Shown: positions 1 through 13,280, numbered from the stretch's first letter. The stretch: 64,000 nt of DNA from Gonapodya sp. JEL0774 (GCA_027604505.1 JADIIX010000047.1:1-64000); one strand, 5' to 3'. Made by a program: numbers and translations. Notes: generated by a model from the letters alone, not told the origin.

Positions 1-3000
1 TTATGAGGTACCCATCACTGTTCCACCGTATTTTTGAGGGTGCACAGATTCCTCTCCCTATGTATCCGCACAATTTTTGGACAAAGTGGCGAGAGGATAT
101 GTATGTATTCCTTAGAACTGTCTATCCCCAATGCGTTGAACTTGACTCATGGGGAAACCCTAGACTAGATTTGCTAACATTCTGAATACACATTTCTCCC
201 AATTATTCAAGAGATTACGGTTATCTTACATCATTTCACAGGTTCAACTTGCATCAATTTTATGGGTGGGGGGTGTAAAATATGCGACAATGGACAGTGT
301 GCAAAAACAACCACCAACCAACTTGGAGACTGCACTTGTATCTGCATTCAAACAGGCACTCTTCAACGTCCATGGACAGACTTTGTCCTGTCAGAGCCAA
401 CAGCAATACCACTGTACACAGCCATCCTCTGTGATGTGCAATATCTGGTACCAAAGCGACAATCAAGCAGGGACTTCTTTGTAAAACCGCACCCTGCTAC
501 GTCCGTCAAACTAGGGGTACTCTGTGCCCAAGGTGTGGTAAAGGTTGCACGTCAACGCACAAAAGCCCTCCTTTCCAATCTTACAGCAAACCCACTTACA
601 TTGCTGAAAGGAACGCCGTTTATGATGGCAGAACCCCACCTGGCATCCCAGTTCAATTTCATGAGCCTGAAAGAACAGACAGAAGACAACACCCTGTCTC
701 CTACCAAGGCCCCTCATAAATCTCTGGAGGAGATTTGCAAGGAAATAAGCCAGGAGAGCAATGGCACGTGGTATGTCCCAAAGAACCCAATTGAAGGGCT
801 CAACCTTGCAAAGACAGCCAACCTGTCAATGCAGGGGCAAAATATTCTGACATATTCTTTCCAACAATCGGCCATGGCATTGATACAGGTGATCTTCCAC
901 CTACTGTGGTTCCTCCACATTGCACAGCTTTTCACAAGCGTCCACAGGAAGTCAAAGACATGCTGGACCAAATGATAATCCATTCACCCAGTCGTACTTG
1001 TACCCAATAACAATGGCAAAATATGGTTTTGAGTTGACTATCGTGAGCTGAATGCCGTCACCAAGAAAGACCAATACCCACTTCCCAGAGTTGATGATGC
1101 ACTAAGCTCTCTGCAAAATACGAACTACATCTCCACATTTGATGTCACTTGGGGCTACTGGAACATAAAATCCATATAGACGATGTACCAAAGACCACCT
1201 TCATCACCCCAGAACGTCTCTTTGAATTCCTCCACATGCGGTTTGGGCTAAAATACGAACTATATCTCCATGTTTGCCATCACTTGGAGCTACTGGAACA
1301 TAAAATCCATGAAGACAATGAATGTGATGTACCAAAGACCGCCTTCATCACCCCAGAAGGTCATGAGTCCCTCCAATGGCTTAATGATTCCTCAAAGCCA
1401 GGGCGTCTAACCCACTGGCCATTAAGACTGGCAGAATTTGACTTTATCCTGTCTTATTGTCCACGCAACAAGAACCGTAATGCAGACGCTCCTACCCACT
1501 TTGAGCAACCTGCACTGTCAGACACAGAGATGTCTCTTCCACCTCCGTTAGGCCCCACCCTTGCTACCATGGCTACTGAAAATGAGCCTGCAATAAACCT
1601 CCTTGCTGCACTGAAAGTCGGATTAGACACAGCAGACTTTCAACGCCAGTTTGCAGCCAATCAATGCTCCTACCCACACTGGGCCACAATTATTGATTAC
1701 CTGTCTGCTGCGCAAGCTCCAACAAATGTGTCAGTACGATTAATGGCTCAAGAAGCTCTTCATGAGATTGCCCCCCAAACTGGTCTCTCAACACACACAG
1801 CAGAGATCATGTGCAACAATCAATTGCATAAGGCCACACAGATTTGAGTCCCTCGCAACTGCAAGGAGGAAATCCTTTGGGAGTACCATGAAGACCCATT
1901 AGCTGGTCACATTGCATCTGGCAAGATGTGGGATGCCATCTGCCAGCATTTTACATCACCTGGTATATCCTACAATGTGCACCGTTGGACTGCTGTTTGC
2001 ATTGTGTGGCAAAGTTGTAAACCAAGTTAACCACATGTACAAGGCCACTTAGAGGCGTTCAACACCAAGGATATCAACCCTGGGGACAAGATCTCCATTG
2101 ACATCTTAGGACCGTTCCCAACCACTGAACACAAGAACCAGTATATCCCCACCATGATTGACCATGCATTATTGTGGCTCAAAGGTGTCCCAATCCCATC
2201 AATGGCAGCTGAAGTTATGGCAGATGCCATTTTTTGACACTGGATTTGTTGACAAGGTGTCTCTTTACACTTGCATTCTGACAATGCAAAGCACTTTGTA
2301 AACCGCGTCATGCAAAACTTGGCAAAGCTCTGTGGCTTCCTGCACACGCTCTCTGCTGCATATCATCCTGAGTCCAACTCCCACATCGTTTCGTCAATGA
2401 CGCTCTGGCAGCACACATCAATGTCAGTCATACCAATTGGGATGTCGTAATTGAACCCGTCTTGTTTACATATCGGACCACTGTCCATTGAGCCTCAGGA
2501 GACACAACCTTCTTCCTCAACCATTTGAGAGATGCAAGGCTCCCATCAGACTTGAGATTTCCTGGTGTCACCAACCCCCTCAAATGAGGCCTCAAGACGT
2601 GCCAACCGCCACCACTGTCTTGGCCCATGCATATGACCAACTACACACACACATGTGTAAGCAGAGGAAGATCTGTCAAGCTGCTTACGACCACATGGCA
2701 TCTGTTACTGACTTTGACATCAACCAACTAGTCATGGTGTACTACAAGGAATCCCATTGAAACGGGGAGAGTACGAAGCTCATCTCCTGCTGGATTGGCC
2801 TGTACCGCATCACTGAGAAGGTCAGCCAGAACCTTTTCCGGGTAAGACACATAAGCACTGAGCATGAGATGACTGCCCATGTCAGTCACATACCAAGACT
2901 CCAGCCATGGGTGACTCATTACATCCCAGACCCGGCACGCATGAGTGCAACACCAGCTCACTCAACTCGCAAAACGCAAACGCCAGTTGATGCCGCAGTT

Positions 3001-3682
3001 GCTCAGCAAGACATCGCTGAAGTTGACCTGGGCCCTGACTTCCAACCGACCTACGTTGTGGAAGCTATCCTTGACCAGAAGATGCAGCCCAAAGCCAAAG
3101 AGGTACTGGTCAAATACCTAGTGAAGTTCCGTGTGTATGCTACACCTGAGTGGCAACCTGAAGGCCTCCTGGCAGCCGACAACCTTATCAATGTGTACAA
3201 ACGCAACCACCACTGTCTGGACAGGAAGATCCTTATGCGCCGCGCTTGCCATAGAGGATTTGCACAGCACCATAAGCTGCTGCGAGAGAATGTTGACCAC
3301 ATGTGTCGCAAAGCTCTACCTGATGCCAACCCTGCCACCCTACAGATATACGAGTGAGATTCGCTTTTGAGAACCCAGGGAAGTGTTGTGAGACAATGGC
3401 CAAAGGCGGGAGTTTAACCAGAGTCACGTGACCCCTCGAGCATGACAATAGTTGTCCCCATTCTCCCCCACGCGTCACCCTGGCTGCGGCACCTGTTCCT
3501 TGGATAGATGTCATATCTAGTAGTATATAGATGCATTAGCATCGTTTTTAGATTTTTCCAGTGATCTTAGTTGTGCTAGTGGCTCAGCAGCAGCCACCTA
3601 GTGATCACAGTGTGCACGACTTCAGAGACATACACATTGAGTTTCAGGATAGAACTGAACAGTTCCAGCGCGAACCACAACA
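1..3682 (+). mobile_element. Degenerate Ty3/Gypsy LTR retrotransposon (chromovirus), 3' portion
   Basis: Broken pol in Gypsy order: RT start (~985-1250, VDYRELNAVTKKDQYPLPRVDDAL...GYWNI), RNase H end (HESLQWL...RLTHWPLRLAEFDFILSYCP..KNRNADA), integrase Zn finger (YHEDPLAGH...C) and core (ISIDILGPFP, LHSDN), chromodomain (YVVEAILDQK...KYLVKFRVYATPEWQPE, ~3050-3190). Many stops and frameshifts. Confidence 0.95.
3384..3682 (+). repeat. 3' LTR (299 bp), preceded by a polypurine tract
   Basis: Begins TGTTGTG and ends CACAACA (7-bp terminal inverted repeat, TG...CA). Purine-rich GAGAACCCAGGGAAG at 3369-3383 lies immediately upstream. Confidence 0.85.
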
Positions 3683-3859
3683 GAACGCCTGTAGTCTACA
3701 AATAGATTGGGTGCACCACAATGGAATAAAATGCAATTGAAGAAACAAAAAGTCTTTGCATCTTTCTTGCACAATTGTCAATTCACTACCTACAATCTCA
3801 CTTGAGTTAAGGTCAAATACATGAGAGTAATCAACAATACATATGGACTTAAGATGTAT

Positions 3860-5804
3860 CTATTTGGAGAAGCTTCCAATTTTCTTCTGTGGATGATATT
3901 CAACATTACCATCTTTATCCACTGTTAGCATTGGCTGTCCTGATAAAGTCTCAATACTATCTGCCATATGCTCAAGGAATTGTGATGTAGGACGTAACCT
4001 GGCAGATCCAGCAACAATAGGACGATATGAGACACCACTGCTGTCTGTGGAATAAGACATTCCTAGTAAGGCAGATGTTGATGCCTTGTACATTCCATGG
4101 CTGTGCATATTTGAAAGTGCAGGAGCAGAAGAGATTGTCCCACTGATTGATGTAGATTGTGCTTCGCTGTAGTGGCTTGGGAACAGGTCACCATTTGACT
4201 CATTTGCAACAGAAAATGCAATGGGATTGGGACCAAACAAATGTGGTCTCTCCTTGTGGTGTGGGAGAGTAATGTCAGGTGGGAACATGACCAGAAAATC
4301 ATCAGATTACTCCAAGTTTGCTTACCTCCTTCAAAGTTTTGGATGGGCTTCCACTGACAAATGTAGATCTGGGGCTTTCTGCAGGACCCCTGTCTGAGGA
4401 TGAGCTCGACATAACCCTGTGTCGTGATGGCAAATATGCGGTAAGAAGCCCTGCTCCAGATTCCCGTAATGTTTCCTCAGCTGATTCCAGGTTTGAAACA
4501 AGAGTACTCGAATCGGATTTTGAGGTGAATATTGTTGTTGTTGTGCCAGTGTCAGTTGTACCTAATATAGAATGACTGGTACTACTGGAAGAGGAGATGG
4601 CGCGTTCAATCTTTCGAGGACCAGATTCAATAGGTGCAGTCAGCATTGAGGAATTGCTGCTCAGTGCATCCAAAATCTGGATGCCCCAATCTGTGTGAAC
4701 CTGCGATTTCCCATCGACGGCCAGACTCAAGCTTCCAGCAGCTTCTACCGATCCAGAAGTTAACCCAATCGATGGTGTCCTGTCACGATAATCCGAGTCC
4801 AGTAAAGGTGTCGGCACTGGGCTGGGTTCATCAGGAGCACTTGTGTGATTCTCCACCAAATCCACCGCTTCAGCCGCAGAAGGTACCCCGTCTACAGACA
4901 GTTTTGAGCTCTCCACAATCTCTCCTGATGTTTCCGAACTAACTACATTCTCCTTCTCCACCCCACGCCCATGACTGGATCCACCGTTGGTCAGAGTTCC
5001 ATCAGCACTCTGGCCCAAATTCTCAGCAGAGGGAGCAATTGACAGTGCTGACTTGTGGGAGATAGCACGAACTGGAGACGTTGGAGAAATAGAGGATGGA
5101 TCTAATACGGAAGATACTCCGAGCTTCAATCCCAAGTTATCGAATCCAAATCTCTTCGTGGGAGAAGGCGCCTTCTGCGAAACCTCGCCATCGGCATCAC
5201 GACGCTTGTCCGACTCTGGATACACCGCGCCTCGCTCCTTGAGTATCATCGCCAATGTCTCTGCCCGAATCAGCTCCAACCGAGCTTCCTCGTTCTGAGC
5301 CCGTTCCCAATCCAGCAAAGATTGCAGCCTCCCCACTTCCGCCTCGAGAGCAGTAATTCGTGTGAATGCGTCGGTCAGCGACTCGGAGGTGGTGGCGACG
5401 AGCGAGGTGAGATTCTCATGTCTGGACCCGAAAGGGAAGTTCCGAGTGGTGGAACATCGATAACAGGCCAGCGAAGTTCAAATCATGATTATTGGCAAGC
5501 GTACGGCAAGTAACGCTCCGTGAGGGACTGAGAGCCATTGGAAGGGTCGATGGAAGGTCCAACACTCACTCAAGCTTCATGGCCGAGTTTTCGCTCAGCA
5601 GCCGGGCGTTCTCCCCTGCGAAGCGGGAGAAGGTCAACTTTAGAACTTTCAAAAGCCCGTGTCACATGGCGTTCAGTACGGACCTCTCAACCTAGTCGTC
5701 TCAACTCCCAATCGTCGCACCGTCTCCAGGTAATCGGCCAATGCCGGGTTCGACTTCCCCAGTTCCTGGATCAAAACGGTGTCTGGGACTTGAGGAGGCA
5801 TCAT
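3860..5804 (-). CDS. Hypothetical spliced protein, N-terminal coiled coil plus long Ser-rich region
   Basis: ORFs 3860-4288 and 4302-5336 plus small upstream exons joinable by GT-AG introns (LADYLETVRRLGVETTRLR/GENARLLSENSAMKLE...RLQSLLDWERAQNEEARLEL). Start uncertain (5804 or 5912). Confidence 0.6.
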
Positions 5805-6011
5805 ACAGTCCCGGATGGGTGGTGGAGGAGACCGGTTGCCAGAAAAACGAGGGACAAGCGAAATTGTCGGTGGGTTTTGGGGCAACCAAATTCTGCCGGA
5901 AATTGGACACATATCGCCACAGCAACACTGGGTTCCAATTTTCTGGAGGCCTCAATGGCATATGTTCACACCGACCAACAGAGAATCACCCAATGTAAAT
6001 TGCAATCATAT

Positions 6012-9000
6012 CTACACAAAACGAGCGACAAATTGCTGCTCTACAAAAACTGGGTCTACAGCGAAGTTCCTTTGCTCTTCCTCAAAACCACCAACGTCGC
6101 CCCATTCTTCTGGCATGAGGTCCGGTGCGACTCCGTTGAAAAGGTTCTGGTAACATGCGGTACCAGGTTGATTGAAATGCGCGTAGGGTTTAGCTAGAGA
6201 GGAGGACAAAAACAACAAGGTCAGAATTCCGTTCACTGAACACAAGCATCAACTCTACACAACCAAAACCCCCCGAAATAGCGGCACTCACAAGAACTGA
6301 GCCAGGCTCCACACAAGTAGCAAAAGTGAGTCTTAAAGAAATCAGACGGTCAGTTTCCCTTTGTTCCGGCAAACCTCGCCCACAAAAAGAACCAAAACAC
6401 CAGACGCTCACCTTGCACCGAGAGCACGTCATATGATTACACCCTTCGCTCTTTTCCACATGGAGACCACACTCTGGACAATCTTTGCTGTTCTCGACGA
6501 GCCATTTGCGCGACTCGCGCTCATTCTCCCAGTCCCGGGCCATCTTGCGCATAATCTTCTCTCCGTAGCGCTTCTCGTAAAATACAACCTGCTGCATGTC
6601 GTTGTCGTGCGTGGCTTTGAGGTAGGCTTCGATGATGGGAGCGAAGTTGCGCCAGCTAAATTGGTGGAGATGAGAACGTGCAGTGATGAAGGTTGGGGTC
6701 CACATGAGAGGTGACGGGCGACGACGTGGGACACTCACTTGCAAACTCGGGAGCTGCCTCCATGCCAGGACCGTTGGCATACGGCACAGAAACCTGATGC
6801 GACGAAAGACAAAGAACGATTGTTCAGAATGGGGACTACTCGCATCTCCACCCGGACCACGCTGTCTACTCACAGAACCCACAGTGCGTACTAACACCAT
6901 ATCCAAACCAAGTAAATCAAAAATGAGACCACCCCAATTGCGAGCCCCGCAAAAACACCCTACGCAGCCATCCCCAACCAAACTCACCACACGGCCATGC
7001 GCACCCCGGTCTGCTCCTTGTTCTCCCCCGGGTGTATGTTGGCGGGCGCCTGGCAAAACGGCCGGGGACAAAAGCAGATGTCGGTGCGGGCCTCGAGCTG
7101 CTTTTTCTGCCAGAGGGCGTCGTAGCGGTCGAAGAGGTCTGTTGTGGGCGGGTGCGATGGGATGGGCGGAGGGCGAGGAGAGAGGGGGGGTTGAGGGGGA
7201 GTGGCAAGGACCAAGGAAGCGGAGATGAGCGTTGGATGGTGAGACAGACCGCCAAGGGCACCTGCCGCCCGGCCCACACACTCCACCCAACCCACCATCC
7301 CCCAACAACACCCTCAACCCGGCCCTCGGTACCTGCCCCCTCAATTCCTCCCTCTCCCTCTCCGTGTCCCCCTCTGTCGGTCCCGGTTCCCGCTCCTGTG
7401 TCTCGTCCGCCGCCATTTCCCCCACCCCCACCCAAGGGAGCTGCGCTTCGGTGTGCGCCACCCGCCGCTTGGTACACGACACGTCAAAGCACAGTCCGAC
7501 CTGGTCGATGTCGTCCTCAATTTTTACGGAGAAGTAGTCGCGGGAGCAATCGGAGCTGGGGGGGGGGGTTGGGAGAGAGGGCGGCGGGGCGGCGGAACGG
7601 GTGGTGAAGGGAATGGGGAACGAGGGAGGAGATTCGTATTCGGGGCACAAGGGCGACGGGAACGAAAAGAGAAATGAGTCCACGCAATACACGAGAGGAC
7701 AGCCCAACGCTTGTCGGACCACGTGAACACTCTAACCCCACACTTCCCACCCACAACCACCCTAACGCCACCCTAACGCTCGCTCACAACCCCCCTTCAA
7801 CTCCCAACGTACCAAAACACGTGCTTGCACGGGTCGAACCGTATACACGCCGACCCGCGCAGTTCCTGGAAACACAAGGCACAGAGAGAGGGTTGTGGGA
7901 GTGAGTGGAGTGGGATGGGTGATCGGCGGTTGGGAGGATGGCGGGAGTGTGGTTGGGAGAGGTGCGGAGGAGGGAGAGGACCAGGGAAGGGAGAACGTGC
8001 AGGACCAGTGTCAGATACAAACACAACGCAACCGTCACCTGCTCCCCACCCCCACCCCCACAAACCCACATTAAAGCACACCCCACACGAAAATAACATG
8101 CCCTCGAACGCAACCTGTTCCATCTTCTTGTCGTAGGCGACGAGGTGGTCGAGGACATCTCTGTCCCTCTCCGTGTCCCGCTCGGTGTCGGCGTCGGCGT
8201 CGGCATCCTCTCCGTCCCCGTGTCCGTCCCCCTTGGTTTTGGTTGCCATTTTATTTTGGGAAGAGGAGGATGGGAGTGTGAGCAGGGGGTAGGCGAGGTC
8301 AGAAGGGTATGAGATGAGTGCGAGGTCCGAGAGGAAGGTGGAGCGGAGGTATTCGGCGAAGGAGAAGAGGCACTGTCCGGGGCGGGGGGGGAGGGAGGAG
8401 GGGGGGGTCAGGGGTGATGGTGAGGGACGGCACCCGAAGGACACCTTGGTGTGCACACACGTTCTCCCTCCTATGCGCTCGGACCAACATCGGTCAAGTG
8501 GTCCAATATGGTAGGACCCCTCTCTCTTTCGCACAACGGTCCATGAGCCAGAAGGGTCAACTGGTCCGTAGGGGCGGGTACGCCCCATACGGACCCTATG
8601 GACCTCTCTCTCTCCCGGCGGGGCTAGTCCGCACCATCCCGCTGGCGCTGGTTCAGACGTACGCTGACGCTCGCGCGGGCCCTCCCTCGGTTCGCTTCGC
8701 TTACTCAGCTCCACCCTCCCATCAACTCACCGGCACCCCTTCGTTCTCCTCCCACAATTTGCCCAACCTATCGGCCACCTCGGCCCTCGTATCTGTACCG
8801 AGCCAACTGGCATCGACGACAAAGTCGACGCAGGAATGGGAGGGGTACGTGGCGGGGAACTGGAAGCGGAGGGAGATTGGAGGAAGGTGGCCGACGGTGA
8901 TGGTGGTTGGGGTGGTGCGGGGGGTGGACGAGGAGGAGGTGGTGGTGGATTTGGAGGGAGAAGGACCGATGTGCACTGCGATGGTGGGGTGGGGCAAGTC

Positions 9001-9555
9001 AATTGGTACGCGGATGGTGCCTGTGGAGGTGTCGGAGGGGGAGAGGGAGAAGTCGGGGCCAAAGATGGCTGAGAGGGCGAGAGATTCTTCACGTTGGAGG
9101 TCGAGGTTTTCTGATAAGGTGGTGGGGTGGAGAACGGGGGTGGATTCGGTGTCGGTGTTGGTGCCGTGGAGGGGAGGAGGGATGGGGAGGTGAGTGGGAG
9201 TGGAAGAGGGAGCGTTGGTGACGAGAGAAGAGAGAGACGAGGTGGAATTGGACGCAGATGGGGGATGTGAATGGATGCGGTCTGGAGTGGATGAGGACGA
9301 GTCGTGGGATTGGGGAATGTCGGGTTTCGTGGCCACTTGGACAGGGGCGGCGATATGAGAGCGCGACTGAGGAATACGCAGCGACGCATCAGCATCAACG
9401 AAATCCAGATTGGGATCCGTATTGTAATTGGACCGGGCAGATCGAAATCGCCCATGTCGGGGCTGGTGCGATGGATTTGCGGTTGTGGAGGAGTCTTGGG
9501 GTTTTCGACGTCTGGGACGCGAGCGATGCTGGGAAGGAGGCGAGTTGGAAGGCAT
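6012..9555 (-). CDS. ITT1: RWD-domain RBR E3 ubiquitin ligase (Itt1/RNF14 family)
   Basis: RWD (QREESLALSAIFG...HLPPISLRFQFPATYPS), RING1 (CGVCF...CKHVFC), IBR (FCPRPFCQ), RING2 (CPECGLHVEKSEGCNHMTCSRC) and PYAHFN...C...LF tail, spread over many exons. Confidence 0.9.
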
Positions 9556-9940
9556 TTGGAAGGGGGAACAGTGGAAGAGTGGAGGAAGGGAAAAGGAGGG
9601 GAATAAATAGGTGAGGGCGAGCAGTGGAAGGGAAGGGGCTGATTCATATTGTGCACTCGCCCCACAGAGCCTGCAATCCGTCATCGGTTGCCGCTCATGA
9701 TACGAAATGTGCAACTGGACAACCTCTGTATTTCAGAACCAATGCAGCCAGGTAGAACTAGAAATAATGAAAATGTGAAGTTCCTAATACTGTCGTATTC
9801 TGTGTGTAGCTCGCCACTGTGTCCGTTTTCTGTGGTAACCTCTACCACAAAAAGTATTTCATACGTTGGGAGTAGTCAAATGCCGGTGGGACTGTGTTCC
9901 ATGATCCAGGCATAGGGACATCCGCAGTGGTACTCAGACT

Positions 9941-11051
9941 CGGCAAGCCAATGGCGGAACAAATGTGAATTCCACGATTTACTCAAATCAACCTGCTCAC
10001 CTCATGATTGTAGTAATGTTGTCCGTCGCAAGTCAACTGGTTCTGCTATGAGGGCCAATTCTTGATGAGAATGAATGACTTAGGGAACACGGCAATTTGG
10101 ACGATCTGAACTGAACTTCACAGAGGTTTCAACCTTGGAGTCTCAAGTATGATCGAGGATGATCCAGAGGAGGTCGTGGCACCCGTCGGTACCGGGCCGG
10201 TGTCCGTCAACACCGTTTTGGATCGAACGAAGAAGATCCGCGACTCCATGAGGCCTCGGTGCCGCTGGGTCCAGAACCCTGCGCTTTATGGACGAACTGC
10301 ACTCGCAATGCCACTGTGCGTACGTTATTGGCAGATGGTACTTGCATGGCGTCGCGGTGTTCTTGGCACTGGCATTGGGAGTCAGCCGCCGAGCTGCTCA
10401 AGCGTGATCAGCGCAGGAGCAACATGCGCGAGAGTTCCGGGTTGGGAACACCAAATGAACCCAGTTATGTACCTCCCTGTGTACATGGTTGTCCGAAGAC
10501 CGGTGAGACTCGAACGCGGATCGGCGACAGCACAAGCCGTACCCCAGCACGCTTGTCAGTCGTCGAGCACCGGCCATCGCGTGATCAGAGCGACAACCAA
10601 TGCGCGCCGAATCCCGGGAGTGGGAAGACAAGACCACAGTCTTCCCAGGGTGGCACCTGTCGGTGCCGGAGGTGCTCGTCGGCGTTATCTGTTCCTGTGA
10701 ATCGGAGAGACTGCTTTGTACCCTGAATTTTGGACTCGAAGAGTGCTTCATCACACTTATCAATCACAGAAAACCGTGGTCGTTGTCGTCGTCGTGGATT
10801 CTCCTCGCAAGGCAAGATACTCGGAAGTCGAAGGTATGAAGATACTTTGTGGAGTTACGAGGAAGTAAACAGGATGGAAACATGACAGACCTGGGACACT
10901 TGTATAACAGAGACATTCCGTGGACAAACAAGCATTAGGAGGATGAATGGTGCAACTTCCTCTGATTGCAAATGCATGATGTTCTTCCCTCCTTGATTCA
11001 CGTGGAACGCGTTGGCCTCCAGTGCACTGCCCTTCGAACCGACGTGCATCC
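9941..11051. repeat. Copy 1 of ~1.1-kb duplicated segment (inverted relative to 16604-17751)
   Basis: Nucleotide match, e.g. CTCACCTCATGATTGTAGTAATGTTGTCCGTCGCAAGTCAACTGGTTCTG; near-identical translations (VVAPVGTGPVSVNTVLDR) at 10149(+) and 17543(-). Confidence 0.95.
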
Positions 11052-11399
11052 ATGTATTGCAACATCCTCGACGACATACCGCAGATATCCCACCATGTCA
11101 TATTTCATCGACGAAGACGCCCGCAGACTCAGAAAGGCACACGCTGGACACCTTGTCTTTGAACGGCAGACGCATTCAGTCCCTCAAAACTCACTTTGTA
11201 TACCTACAGCGCCAGCGGAGTTTCAGCTCGGCAGAATAGAAGAGAGGCAGTGTAAGAGTTTGAGAAGCCTCGTCGCGGAATTCTGTTGATAAGAGAGAGT
11301 TTCGCTTTGTTAGAATGGGCTTGCATGGGGAACGCCGTGACTTAATGATGGTCATGGGACTACTCATTGGCTTGCGGACACCTGTCGCCCGTAGAGACC

Positions 11400-13280
11400 A
11401 GAGCGCTGCCCGAGGGCGGTCGAAGCACCACAGAAGAAGTCATAGTTGTAGCCGAGTTTCCGCGTGCCGCCTGGGTCGATGCGCTTCTGGGAAGGAAGGA
11501 ACGCCAGGCCAAATCCAAAAACGGTGTCATGAAACGCCAGGAGAAAGGGACCGGTCGAAGAAAGCGCGCCTGTCACGACGAATGGTCTTCAGCTCACGCA
11601 GTACGCCGGTCAGCGGCCTCCCGATGGGTCTCCGCTCGAAAGTTGTTGGAAGGGTTTGGAAGTTTGTTGGAAGGCGGAAGATAACGTGTCCTTATGATTA
11701 TGAGTCGAAACCAAGCCACAAAAAGCGCGCCCTTGGTACCAGGGTAACACAAAAGTTCCAATGTCCCAGAATTCGTTCATTTTCCGTCCATGTGGCAGAG
11801 GAACTGTGTACGAATCGAATGCCATGCTTATCATGGTGATCCGACGATTCATTGTCGAAATACGTTGCGTGGAAGTCTCGGGGAATGGGCGCGTTTCCAG
11901 CCCGGCTCCACCAAACATGTGACCTGAACTCATTGCAATCCACGCAGACGCCCATCATCATTCGGGCACGGAAAGGTGTTGACAAATATCAACGAAAAGA
12001 GAACGATATAGTAAGATATGATGGGTGATCATGTCAACGATTCACTCATCTCTCCCTTTGATTCCCAGAGGAAAACTCTACCTCTTAATACTTGAGTGAA
12101 AAAAAGAGCTTCTGGTCACCACAACTCCCCTGCCGGTCCAATATTCATGAATTTCCAAATTCACTGATTCATAGTTTTGTAACATCCCCGTAAAACGTCC
12201 CATAGTTTTGAGGCCCGGCTCTCCTGGGTCTCATGACAATTGTCGGGCGACTCATTCCTGCTAGGCTCCTCCGCTCCGGTCAGTGCTCCTTTCACATGTC
12301 ACTTTCATCAGCATGTCTTGGTTGTTCCTCTTTAGGCTAGGAAACAGTTGCATTGATACGATGAGGTCATACCTCGTGAGACTGATGCGGCGACACTTGG
12401 TTCCAACACGTCAGCTCTCATTATTTCTCCATCAACCGATCAAACCGGATTGTCAAACAGTCAAAGTATACCCACTCATGATCCCAGCTAACGAACCGTT
12501 GAGATGTGAGCTTTGCTGGGGATGACAGTTGCAATGCACACGAACACTGTCACTGCAGTTTCTGCCTTTTGCAATGGACTGTATGATCGGTTTCATACTC
12601 CATCAACCGGGCGATTTCCTCTCATGGGCGTGGCTCATGGTCGAATTGGGACCTGATGGCCTCTTGAAGAGCAGAAGACCGTCTTTATACTTGAATATCC
12701 TTCGATATGGATTTGCGGTTGCGCACCACTCCATCCTTCAAGAAAGCTATTACGAACGGTGTCATCACTTCATCTTTTCCATCTTGCCATCCGCCTAGTT
12801 GGTTTCGAGGGTGACAATCTGTCGATTATGGGCAGTCTCAGAATTGCTGTCGCTCCCATTTCCAAAGACCATGAATGTGGACGTCCTTGCTTCGATTTTC
12901 GCTATCTGGTATTGGAAGTTGCCTGAAGTTCATGTTCAGTGATCGCTTCTCTTGATTGTTGAGAGTCGTATTTTTTAGTGTTCGCTGATTGATTGGGCGT
13001 GCGAAGTTTTGGCCTACAGACCTGCGAAGTTGGAATTTCAAAATGAATGAAGAACATTGCTCGTTATTCATTTGTCAGACGTATGCATACTTATCTAATG
13101 AACACGTGGGTCCGAAGCCAGATGGGAACAGGATTCCCCGCCGTAAATGCTTTGGGTGCATTCCGTCGGTTGTTGTTGCGATTCGCATGCATGCAGGGGA
13201 TCAGAGTTGGCAGAGAACACAAATGATGATCTGCCGGTTTCTTGCGTTCTTCTTTGTTCCAGTAAACTTGAAAGGCGGCG
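11400..13280 (-). pseudogene. Highly eroded hAT-like (BED zinc finger / DUF659 type) transposase remnant
   Basis: Motif-like fragments in hAT order across shifting frames: CVLCQ..TTTDGMHPKHL (BED-like, ~13140-13230), AMFFIHFEIP (~13030-13060), GWQDGKDEVMTPFVIAF (~12740-12795), ETDH, VYFDCLTIRFDRLMEK, and C-terminal PFSW..PFLDLAWRSFLPRSASTQAARGNS (~11450-11550). Recognised by eye only. Confidence 0.45.

Noticed and set aside
6190..9714. Many long overlapping ORFs on both strands
   Set aside because: Artefacts of GC-rich, stop-poor introns and antisense frames of the RBR gene.
9925..9940. CAGTGGTACTCAGACT resembles a hAT (Charlie-type) terminal inverted repeat
   Set aside because: No matching reverse-complement end or 8-bp target duplication found, and it is absent from copy 2.
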